Source: Eledone cirrhosa
Lineage: Eukaryota
Reading direction: 5' to 3'
Length of the DNA stretch: 64,000 nucleotides
Assembly (NCBI GenBank): GCA_964016885.1
Contig: OZ024752.1
Span: forward strand, 26,226,001 to 26,290,000
In this document: positions 28,087 to 40,036 of the stretch, one piece after another
Numbering within the stretch: position 1 is the first letter of the stretch
How the letters are laid out: each line of letters begins with the position of its first letter
Position numbers and translations under genes: made by a program
The notes under the pieces: generated by a model
What the model saw: the letters and a program-made list of their open reading frames with translations, nothing else
What the model was told of the DNA's origin: nothing
The model's database searches: none

Positions 28087-28438
28087 TAATTGTTTCTACT
28101 ATAGGTACAAGGCCAGCATTTTGGGGAGAGGGAACTCGATTAAATCGACCCCAGTGCGTTACTGGTACTTTATTTTAGCGACCCGTAAATAAGAAGGGCA
28201 AAGCTAACCTCGGCAAGATTTGAACTCAGAACATAAAGGATCATTGGTTTATGCTGCAAAACAATGATTTCTAGTATAGGTACTCGGCCAGTAATTTGGG
28301 GGAGGGGAAAGTCGATTAAATCGACCCCAGTATGTTACTGGTACTTTATTTTATCAACCCCGTAAGGATGAAAGGCGAAGCTAACCTCGGCGTGATTTGA
28401 ACTCAGAACATAAAGGGCCATTGCTTTATGCTGCAAAA
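28087..28438 (-). mobile_element. Two tandem S1 SINE copies
   Basis: S1 core and 3' end repeated twice. Confidence 0.85.
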
Positions 28439-29450
28439 CAACAATGTTTTAATATTTCGTGTTAATGATGATATACATACGACATATGGTAAGGAAAGTG
28501 TTAAATAATCATATTGGTGGCCTCCCCACAGCCCCGGCGAACAGAACGGAGAAGGCGTTTCCCCGGAGGATGGTAAGGGAGATACGCTCCCACCAGTGCT
28601 ATGATCAAACAACCTTCCACTGTAGGGAAACACAAACCCGGTTTTCTGAAATGCTAGAAATAACAACCAAACTTCCTCCATCCAATCCGACTCAACCGTC
28701 CTAAAAGAAGACATGACCCCTTAGAAAATACATGAATTGTATTCGATATATTTATTTGAGCGACTTCCGTCCGTCACACAATGTGTGTGTGTATGTGCGT
28801 ATGTGAGTGTGACTGTGTGTGTGTGTGAACGTGTGTGTGTTTAAAAGTAAGCATGGAGATGGTGAAAAAACTATAGCAAAACCGCGGCTGGCGTTCCATT
28901 TGCTACGCTGTGTGTGAGTGTGTTTGTGTGAATGTATGTCTGTGAGTGGTGTGTATTTTTGTAAGTGTGCCTGTGTTTGTGTGCTTATATTTATATACTC
29001 ATGCATCACACACATCCACGTCACATACACACATCACACACATCCACGTCACATACTAGCAGAAAAACCACCCTCGGGTGGTTTTCTGCTAGTATGTGTA
29101 GTGTGTATATTGATATTATACGCAGGTATATATACATGTAGATAAGATACATCAAATAAAATCGTAATTGACAATATATAATACATAGAAATTGAACGAA
29201 GACTGCGTTACACTGTATTATTTAATCAGTAACGTAATCCATGATACATTAAAAAAGACGATATTATATATAAACTGCATTAGGAGAAAATTAGTGACAG
29301 AAAATTAATATGTTTATTTAAGCGATGGCCAACCGGAAGTGTTGACATTTCAGAAATTTGAAAGAAGTGAATCTTTAAATAAACAAAATATATTTAATCA
29401 ACAGCCACAAAATTTAGTAGATAAATTATGTAATATTCATTCATTATTTT

Positions 29451-29968
29451 GGCGGTGGATTGGCAGTATCGGTAGAGGGTTGGACGCCATGCTTTCCAGC
29501 ATAGTTACGTCCCTTTACGATCTGAGTTCAAATCCCGCCGAGGTTGACTTTGCCTTTCATCCTTACGGGGTCGATAAAATAAAGTACCAATAATGCACTG
29601 GTTAATTGCTGGCCTTGTGCCTAAAGTAGAAACAATTATTTATTCAAATAAATAACCTCCCGTCGAGGTTAACTTTGCCTTTCATCCTTACGGGGTCGAT
29701 AAAATAAAGTACCAGTAATGCACTGGGTAATTGCTGGCCTTGTGCCAAAAGTAGAAACAATTATTTATTCAAAGTGGCGGTGGATTGGCAGTATTGGTAG
29801 AGGGTCGGATGCCATGCTTTGCAGCAAAGAGTTACCTCCCTTTATGGTCTGAGTTCAAATCCCGCCGAGGTTAACTTTGACATTCATCCTTACGGGGTCG
29901 ATAAAATAAAGCACCAGTAATACACTGGGATAATTGCTGGCCTTGTGCCAAATGTAGAAACAATTATT
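29451..29968 (+). mobile_element. Three tandem S1 SINE copies
   Basis: Full, 5'-truncated and full copies, each ending gtagaaacaattatttattc. Confidence 0.9.
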
Positions 29969-30117
29969 TATTCATAGTAATCCAACTTATTTTACTAATG
30001 CGATAACAAATTATAAACCGTACGCAGTCCCGCGCTCCTTACTTTATTATAGTTGAGAGAGAGATGGGATGCAATTTTGCGATATTTTTAGTAAGTAAAG
30101 AGTCCCTCGTCCGCTCA

Positions 30118-30410
30118 GTTTCTGATTTAGGCACAAGGCCAGAAATTTTGATGTAGGGGAAAGTCGATTAAATCGAATCCAGTGCGTGACTGGTACTTTA
30201 TTTAGTAAGGATGAAAGGCAAAGCTAGCCTCGGCGGGATTTGAACTCAGAACGTAGAGGGCTGTAACCAAATTCTAGAAAGCATTTTCTTCGGCACTCCA
30301 TCGATTCTGCCAAACCACCTCCCTCGAAGTGTTAATAATTTCTGATTAAGATACAAGGCCACCAATTGGGGGGGTTAATTAAATCGACACCAGTGCATTA
30401 CTGGTGCTTT
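30118..30410 (-). mobile_element. S1 SINE plus a partial second copy
   Basis: S1 core on the minus strand. Confidence 0.8.
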
Positions 30411-30480
30411 TTTTTTTTTTATTAATTCAGTGTTAATATTAATATCTATTTCTGGGTGTTAATGATGATTGGTTGTAGGA

Positions 30481-30520
<40 letters not shown>

Positions 30521-31094
30521 GGGGGGAATCAGTGGCTGTGCAGCTGCGCTGGTGAAGAAGATGTAAAACATCAGCAGTAGCGGAAGTAGTAATAGCATCG
30601 GTAATGGTAGCAACGGCGAGGAACGGTGGTAGTTTTCAGCGGTGGTAACACTAGATGTTTGAAAGGTTGAGAGGTCTCCAGAGGGAAAGAAAGCGAAAAG
30701 GGGTCTTCTCCATATTATTATTATTTCTATTTATTTATTTATTTATTTGCTGTGAGACATGTGTGAAGAACTTGGTGAATAAACTTCTAATGGTTTAATG
30801 ACGCTATCATCTTTTGATAGAAACCGCTTTTATGTCTGAATAGTGACATCATCTTGCTTTGTAAGTACATACGGGGGTACATATAGATGCTTGCTGGGAT
30901 AAACTGAGACACACATACACGTACATGCATACACGCATACACACACACATACACACACACATATAGAGAGAGAGAGACATACATTATATATATATATATA
31001 TATACATGTAAAGTTATATTTAAAATTGTTGGGTTACAACTAGTAAATATTTATAACTGATATAAAAGCACTCGACAAATACTTGGAGTATATT

Positions 31095-31256
31095 TACAAT
31101 ATTAAATAAATGGAAAACTATATTTATAAAACCATATCTATTTCATTATATATATTTCGGGGATATCATAGCATATTGTTAATATGATATCCCCGAAATA
31201 TATATAATGAAATAGATATGGTTTTATAAATATAGTTTTCCATTTATTTAATATTG

Positions 31257-31258
<2 letters not shown>
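31095..31258. repeat. Perfect fold-back, 76-bp arms and 12-nt loop; 3' half of the hammerhead family seen intact at 63778-63841
   Basis: Arms are exact reverse complements by eye; the arm sequence matches 63733-63796. Confidence 0.88.
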
Positions 31259-31287
<29 letters not shown>

Positions 31288-31290
31288 AGA

Positions 31291-31338
<48 letters not shown>

Positions 31339-31363
31339 CACACACATATTTACATACACACAT

Positions 31364-31501
<138 letters not shown>

Positions 31502-31782
31502 TGATTAGCGAGTTACTTAATACGGGCGTTGAGACGGAAGTAATTACATTGAGAAGAGCCATTTTAGCCATTTAAGAATACACAAAACCTATTAATATAT
31601 ATATTTTTATGTACTTAGTGTAGTATCAAAATGTTTATCACTCATCACTGAGCCCTGATAACTGACACAATTGCCCTACACTTGTCTTAGCCAATGAACT
31701 GTTCGCAAAGGTGTTACCAAACGAAATAAATGAAAAGGGAATATGTACAACACTTCTAAAGTGGCTCTTGCACGATAATACA

Positions 31783-31900
31783 TATACATTGGGAGCTCGG
31801 TTTACGAATGCCTCTTATCACGAACAAGTCGGTTGACGAACAATTTTTCCGAACATAAAGCGTCTCGATTCACGAACGGTGTCTTTAGTAACGTATTGCG
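31783..31900 (+). mobile_element. Tigger-like DNA transposon end fragment
   Basis: tacattgggagctcggtttacgaa followed by repeated cgaac motifs, typical of Tigger termini. Confidence 0.45.
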
Positions 31901-32083
31901 TAAGTAAGTATATATTTTAAACAGTGAGCTAGTTTGAAATTAGAAATAGAAGCGTTCGCGCACTTTTGGCTAAAGAAATTTAGCCTGATAGTGGGGTTTA
32001 GAACCCTCTAAGAAATGGAAAAAGATGAGTATTGACGTACTCATCTTCAATACTCATCTTTTTCCATTTCCAACTATCGGGAG

Positions 32084-32150
<67 letters not shown>

Positions 32151-32152
<2 letters not shown>

Positions 32153-32335
32153 GGGTTCAATCGGGGGTAAATACACAGTAAGTAAGGTACTCAATACATA
32201 GCAGAGTATACATATTTAATATATAAATGGAGACTAGAACTGTTTCATTCGAAGGAAATCATCAGGAAAGTCTTTCCTGGTGATTTCCTTCGTTTAAAAC
32301 AGTTCTAGTCATGTAGAAGCTATTTCTATGTTAAA
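32151..32335. mobile_element. Hammerhead family A cassette with fold-back (degenerate copy)
   Basis: Homologous to 46321-46560. Left arm on the minus strand reads CUGAUGA-UUUC-CUUC-GAAU-GAAA-CAGUUCUAGUC; the right-arm core is mutated. Confidence 0.75.
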
Positions 32336-32433
32336 TATATATATAGGAACGAGTAGGACCCCGACGGCTGAGCTCAAGCCGTTTCGACGGCTAATTCTGT
32401 TGAATTACCAACAAATTGAATATCCCTTCTGCT

Positions 32434-32481
<48 letters not shown>

Positions 32482-32984
32482 CATACACATAATTTTAAAC
32501 AGTGAACAATAAGAAAAACAAAATGAGATGGTAATTATTGCACTGATTGACTATCGATCATTGGAAAGGCTATTCCTAATTCCAATTTGTTTCTATTGTT
32601 TCTAGGTGAGCCGGATGATCACATTTCTACTTTCTAAAGTCTAAAAGTCTTCTAAAGTCTGTCCCAAGCCAGGAGGCTCGCCAGGCCAGGCATATCCTGG
32701 TATTGTGGCGTTAAGCGACTGAGAGTTCAAGGCTCCCATCTGGACAGGTTTAAGATCTTTCAAATACCGACAATTGTTGGCCAGGGAACTCTATCGTAAT
32801 GGTTAACCCACTTGTCAAGTAGTCGAGAGAGGTGTGGCTTGATTCCTCCTATTATATTCTCCTCAGCTCTTATTATAGTTATTTATATGGTATAGTTCAA
32901 TATTTTCCTTAAGATAAACCTTGGTGTAACACATGCAAACACACACATAGTTGAGCGGACGGCAGAGAAGTTTGGAAAAAAAAG

Positions 32985-33500
32985 GGTGAGACTAGCAACT
33001 GCAAGAACAGTCCTGAGCAGACTCAGCAGCCTTTGGAAGGATAGAGCTCTTACAAAGTCCACCAAAAAGAAAGTAATCAAAACATTAGTGTGGCCGGTAG
33101 CTCTATGTGGCTGTGAGTCATGGAGTTTAAAAGCATCTGACTTCAAACGACTGACTGCATTTGAAATGTCATGCTATATGCTTGCACTTAGAATTAGCTG
33201 GACAGCTCACAGAACTAATAAATCTGTCCTGAAGAGACTGGTGCCAATGGACAGTTGGTTGAAACAGTAAGAAAGAGGAAACTTCAGTATTTTGGTCATG
33301 TCATCAGGAGCCAAAATTTGACTACCCACATTGAGGGAAGAATACAGGGGAAAGGGGCCAGGGGATTGCGAAAAGGAGATGGACAGGAAGGAGTTTGTCG
33401 GAATGTACGGCAATGGCAAGGGACAGGAAAAGATGGAGAGTGTTGGTATATAAGTCCATGACCTCTGACCCTCAGATATGAGCATGGGATGGAAGAGCGA
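32985..33500 (+). mobile_element. RTE (BovB-like) LINE 3' fragment
   Basis: LWKDRALTKSTK..IKTLVWPVALCGCESWSL..RLTAFEM..LRISWT..TNKSVL...RKRKLQYFGHVIR..IEGRIQGK. Confidence 0.88.
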
Positions 33501-33548
33501 CTGTAACACATGCATAAATGTGTGTATTACATATGCAAACATATTTAT

Positions 33549-33601
<53 letters not shown>

Positions 33602-33654
33602 TACATCTCTCCAAAATAGCTGACTAAATACTCTTTTCCTATTATTTCAAGCGG

Positions 33655-34363
33655 AGGTGGTGGTGGTGGTGCTGACGGTGGTGATGATGATGATGGTGAT
33701 GATGGTGATGATGATGATGGTGATGATGATCGTAGTGACGTTGGTGATGATGATTGTGATGATGGTGGTGCTGGTGATGATGATTGTGGTGACGTTGATG
33801 ATGATGACGGTGGTGGTGATGCTGGTGCTGGTGATGGTGGTGATGTTGGTGATGGTGGCGGTGCTGGTGATGGTGGTTGGCGGTGATGGTGGTGATAGTG
33901 GTGGTGGTGGTGGTGGTGATAGTGGTGGTGGTGGTGCTTATGATGGCGGTGCTGATGATGATGGTGATGATGGTGATGGTGGTGGTGATGGTGGCGGTGC
34001 TGGTGATGATGATGATGATGGTGATGGTGATAGTGATAGTGGTGGTGAGGAAGGTTAAGTGATGATACAAGTTAGGATCTGGAGAGTTTGTAGAGGAAGG
34101 AACAAGACGGATAATGGCGGGTGGTAATGGCGGAGGAAAATGGTGAGATATTAAGATGAGGGGGAAGAAGAGGAGGAGGAGACGTTGGTTTGCAGAGTGG
34201 TTCGTATTAAATATGTCGTAGTGGAAGGGGGGGTTAAACTGAATGATGATGGTGGTGGTGGTGGTAGTAGTGGTGGTGGTGGTGGTAGTAGTAGTAGCGG
34301 TGGTGGTGGTGGTGGTAATGATGGTGGTGGTGGTGGTGGTAGTAGTAGTGGTGGTGGTGGTGA

Positions 34364-34405
<42 letters not shown>

Positions 34406-34468
34406 CGGTGGTGGTGGTGGTGGTAATGATGGTGGTGGTGGTGGTAGTAGTAGTGGTGGTGGTGGTGA

Positions 34469-34519
<51 letters not shown>

Positions 34520-34675
34520 CGGTGGTGGTGGTGGTGGTAATGATGGTGGTGGTGGTGGTGGTAGTAGTAGTGGTGGTGGTGGTGATAGTAGTAGTAGTAG
34601 TAGTAGTAGTAGTGGCGGTGGTGGTGGTGGTGGTAATGATGGTGGTGGTGGTGGTAATGATGGTGGTGGTGGTGA

Positions 34676-34720
<45 letters not shown>

Positions 34721-34790
34721 CGGTGGTGGTCATAGTAGTAGTAGTGGTGTTGATGAAGATGATGAATATCATCATCATCGTGAAGAATGA
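33655..34790. repeat. (GAT/GGT/AGT)n trinucleotide arrays
   Basis: Visible directly. Confidence 0.93.
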
Positions 34791-35501
34791 CGACAAATGG
34801 CGACGACAAAGAAGAAGAAGTATATAGAGCAGCTGAATCACATTATTAGATAAGGGGAATAGCAGCAGGACGTGTAGTGGAAAATGTGAGTGTGTGAGCA
34901 TGTGTGTGTGTTTGTGTGTGAGTGTGAGTGTGAGTATGTGTGTGTGTGTGCGTTTGTGTGTGTGTATGTGGATGTGTGTGTGTATGTGGATGTGTGTGTG
35001 AGTGTTTGTGTGGTGTGTGTTTGTATGAGTGTGTGTGAGTGCTTGTGTATGTGTTTATGTGCGTGTGTGTATGTGTATGTGTGTGTGAGTGAGTGTTAGT
35101 GTGGTGTGTGTGTGTATGTGTGTGTGTATGTGTGTATGTGTGTGTGCGCGTGTGCGTGTGTTAGTGTGCGTGTTTGTGTGGGTATGTGTGTGTGTGTGCG
35201 TGTGTGTTTGTGAGTGTGTGTGTGTATAATGTGTCTCTGAGAAGCTTACTTACACACACATACACAAACATGTTTATATGTATATATGTATGTATATATG
35301 TATATATGTATGTATGATTCTATATATGTATATATGTATATATGTAATTATGATTCTATGTATGTATGTATATATGTATGCGTGTTTGTATGTATGTCTT
35401 ATTAGCATATTATTATCTTCATATTTATAATATATACATATATGTAATATATATATATGCATATATGTATTTAAACATACATATATGCATGCATACATAC
35501 A

Positions 35502-35565
<64 letters not shown>

Positions 35566-35574
35566 CACACACAC

Positions 35575-35630
<56 letters not shown>

Positions 35631-35825
35631 TTATACATATATTCTAATAATTTCCATTTGTTTTGTGTGTGTCTGTTTATGTAGCGGTTTGTGTGTTTCA
35701 ATGGTTTTCTACGCCATGTTGCTCTGTATGTGTATACATAAGTGTTTTTTTAATTATAGATTAATAGATATGATTGCACGCACAGTCATACACGTATATA
35801 TATACACACATACGTGCAGGCACAC

Positions 35826-35897
<72 letters not shown>

Positions 35898-36227
35898 TTA
35901 TATGTGTGTATACGTGTGTGTGTGTGCGTGTTTGTATACACATACATATATATATACATATATATATGTACATATATATGTGTATATGTGTGTGTGCGTG
36001 CGTGCGTGTATGTATACACATATATATATATACATATATATATCAGTGTGAGGATATGTGTGTGCAAGTGGAGAGAAAGCGCGAGAGGGGGTAACATGAA
36101 AGAGAGAGAAAAAAGAATTATTAGAAGTGTGTGTGTGAGAGGGAAGGAGAGAAGGAGAAAGACAGAGAGAGAGAGAAGGAGAAAGATAGAGAGAGTAGGA
36201 GAGAGTACGAGAGAGAGAGAGAGAGAG

Positions 36228-36264
<37 letters not shown>

Positions 36265-37331
36265 TGGTGGTGTAGGCGCTCGGAAGAATGAGATAATTTT
36301 TTTTCATAAGTATAAATAAATCTTCAAAGGCGGAATATTGGTAGCTTTTCTTTTGATCTTTTGGAATTCCTTACTTTTTTCTTTCTTTCCTTCCTTTCTT
36401 CCATTCCCCCTCCGCCTTCCTTCATCCCTCCTTTCCCTTCCTCCCCCTCTCTCTCTCTCTCATCCCTTCTCTCTCTCTCATTCTCCCCACTCTCTATCCC
36501 CCCCAATCACCCTCCCCCTCTCTCCCTCCCTCTCTCTCTATCTCACTCTCCCCCTCTATATCTCCCCCCTCTATCTCTCCCCCTCTATCTCACCCCCTCA
36601 CTCTCACTCTCCCTCTCTATCCCCCCTAATCTCCCTCCCCCCCTCTCTCTCCCCTCTCTCTCTCCCCTCTCTCTCTCACTCTCCCCCCTCTATCTCACCC
36701 CATCACTCTCTCTCACTCTCTCCCTCCTTGTCTGCGATAAGATTAAATATTCTGGAAGTCTTCTACGGTTCGTCTTCTTAATTTTCTCCACTTTACTGAT
36801 TACCATTAATTCTAGCCAATTGTTTTCTCTACCCTCCCTCTCTACCCTCCCTCTCCACCCTCACTACCACTTCTCATTCGTTCGCTCATTCATTCATTCA
36901 TTCATTCAGTCATTCTTCTTCTTTTTCTTTTTTCTTCTTTCGCTTCTTTTTCTTCTTATCCTTCTTCTTCGCCCATTCATGCAGTCATTCTCCTTCTTCA
37001 TCTTTTTTTCTTTTTCTTCTCTTCCTTCTTTTTCTTCTTCTCCTTCCTCTTTTTCTTCTTCTTCTACTTCTCTTTCTTATTCTTCGCCCATTCATGCTGT
37101 CATTCTTCTTCTTCACCTTTTTCTTTTTCTTCTCTTCCTTCTTATTCTTCTTCTCCACCTCCTCCTCCTTTTTCTCGCCATCATCGTCGTCGACGCCATC
37201 ACCATCACCATCATCATCAGCATCTTCAACAGCTGCTATTGCAGCAGCAGCATCTTCAGCTTCATCGTCGTCGTCGTCGTCGTCTAGCCAACAACAACAC
37301 TATCCTCATCATCATTACCATCAATTATTAT

Positions 37332-37879
37332 TCGGACGCCATGCTTTGCAGCACAGAGTTACAGCCCTTTACGTTCTGAGTTCAAATCCTGCCGAGATTA
37401 ACTTTGCCTTTCATTCTTACGGGGTCGATAAAAATAAAGTACCAGTAATGTACTGGGTAATTGCTGGCCTTGTGCGAAAAGTAGAAACAACTATTCTTAT
37501 TATAGATTGGCAGTATCGGTAGAGGTCGGACGCCATGTTTTGCGGCATAGAGTTACGTCTCTTTATGTTCTGATTTCAAATCTCGCCGAGGTTAGCTTTG
37601 TCTTTCAACCTTAAGGGGTTGGTAAAATAAAATACCAGTAATACACTAGGGTCTATTTCTCTTCGCTCCAAATTGTTGACCTTGTGCCTAGAAATACACT
37701 ATAACCATGACTGAATGAAAAGATTAAGTAATTATATTGCTGGCCTCCCCACAGAGTTCAAATCCCGCCAAAGTTAACTTTGTCTTTCATCCTTACGGGT
37801 CGATAAAATAAAGTACCAGTAATACACTGAGATAATTACTGGCCTTGTGCCAAAAGTAGAAACAATTATTATTATTATT
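37332..37879 (+). mobile_element. Three S1 SINE copies; the last (ATT)n tail is the insertion site of the Tx1 element
   Basis: S1 cores at ~37380, ~37575 and ~37760; ...gtagaaacaattattattattatt immediately precedes the LINE. Confidence 0.85.
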
Positions 37880-38094
37880 GACGAAAGTGGATGTACGTTT
37901 TTTGAAGCTCCGTGAGTAAGCAATTTTTTGAGGATTAATTGTGGAGAATTGTTTATTTTTTTGTACCGCTGAAGCATTATAAGACATTAATTTGTATCCT
38001 GTGAAGGAATAACTCATAATATTTGGGCCTTTTGGCCCAAATATTTGAACTTTATTTTGAAAAAAAAAAATAATAATTTTTTTCTCAAAAAAAC

Positions 38095-40007
38095 ATGGCG
38101 GAGCCACGCCCCCTAGAGGCGGGTCTGCTGTCGTGCAACGGCGACTTGAGCGTTGAGAGGAGAGGTGAGGCGAGGAGCGCCACCAGAACGAATGTGAGCA
38201 GCGACAGTGCCAGCACCAACGGGCCGAGCGGCGCGGAAGGTGGTAACAGCGACAACACCAACACCAACAAGCCGAACAGCGCAGAAGGTGGTAATAGCGA
38301 GAGCACCAACAAAACGAACAGCACAGAGAGTAATAGTAGCGACAGCAACAGCACCAACAAGGCCAACAGCACAGAGGGTAACCACGACACAGGGGAGAAC
38401 AACAACAGCAATAGCAGCAGCAACACTAACAAGAACAACAACAGTGACAACACCAACAAGAACACCTTCGCTGCTGTGGCAGCGGCTAAAAGGAGACCAT
38501 GCTACAGCATCGACTTAACCAACAGAGAGGAAAAGTTGGCCCAGGCCTGGAAAATCATAAATCAAGAGCAGACCTGGGCAAACTTAACTGTCCCGGCAGA
38601 AGCCATTGAGGCAGTGGAAAAAAGAACGGTGCATTTCAGATGCATCTCAGTAGAGACAAAGAGGGCAGCGATAATCGCCCAAGCTGATATAGAAGCCGCA
38701 CTGAAATACATCAGAGAGGACACAGACTTCATAGAGAGGGGCAGGCAATACGGCACCGTTTCGGTGCTGTTCAAGTCTGAAGCCCTCGCTGTGAAGCATT
38801 CAATGACCCCTTGCAAAACCAGCAAGGTTATAATGTACCCCTCCCACATGGGAAAACGAATAGCACGTGTGCGCATTCCCAGGATTCCACCAGGACTTGA
38901 TATGTGGTGGCTCCTGGGTTGCGTAATCGTGGAAGGAACGGATACAGTCCCGGTAGAGGCAACGAGAACTGCCAGGGACGACTGGTCCGGGGTTGATCTG
39001 GAGATACTGCTCCAAATCAGACCCGAAAACGTAAAAGCAATCCCGGACCACATCCGCCTCCAAAACGGGAGGGTGTTGCATATAATGACTGAGGGCAAAA
39101 GGCCGCATTGTTTCCTTTGTGGGGAAACGACACACTTGCGAGCCTTCTGCCCTCAACTGCCGAAAAGCGCAAGGGGTCGAAAGATTCCACTGCTGGCGAC
39201 GCCGGGACAAGGACCACCAGCAACACCGTCAACAATGGAACCACCAAAATTGCACACCCAGGGGGGAAACGAGGAAAGCTCTCCCATTCCCCCTCCCCCC
39301 CCCAAAATACACACACGAACAAGAACATAAACACTCACTCAGACACAAACACGCTCACAGCCACAGACCCCTCATCCTCCAGCAGTGAAGATGAGGGAAA
39401 ACCAAAGTCCCCCAAAATACAAAAAACAAAACACAAAAAAAAAAGAAATCCACAAAGCACAAACACCCCCACAAAAAAAAATACACACACCACCCACACA
39501 AACATTTTCCCCACAGCATCACCAACACAACCACCAAAATCCCCCAAACGCAAACAAGCTAAACAGACACAAGAACAAATAGACACACAAACATCAGAAA
39601 CTACAGACACCCCACCCACAACAAACGCAGACACAATAGAAACAACACTAACAAAGCTATCACCACCACAATCACACGAACAAATAAAACCCGAGCAACA
39701 AAACATTAAAAACTTCGTGCTTGCCAGAAGGGCCAACAAGGAATTGATGGCCCATGTAGCACGAAGCACAAACATCGAAAAAGACGGGGAAACATTTGAA
39801 GCGAGCACATTTCGCGTACCAGATAATTTGCTTCTGATGCGAATGTCGCTCGCTTCATACAAAGAAATTCGAAAGAGCTTTCCTCGGGATGTGGGAACCC
39901 CGAACGTAAAACCCACGTCAAGACTATTAAAGGGGTTCCCAAAAGAAACCCCACAAACCATGGAGGTCGAACCACCCGACCTTCACAAGACCCCGGAAGG
40001 TAAGTAA
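38095..40007 (+). CDS. ORF1p (N/S-rich N-terminus, CCHC zinc knuckle, T/K/P-rich tail); one -1 frame change between ~39150 and 39330
   Basis: ORFs 38095-39330 (CFLCGETTHLRAFC) and 39108-40007 overlap; both parts align with ORF1 of the 2052-7405 element. Confidence 0.85.
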
Positions 40008-40036
40008 ACCTTTCCTCTCCCATTCATCCTGCCAGC

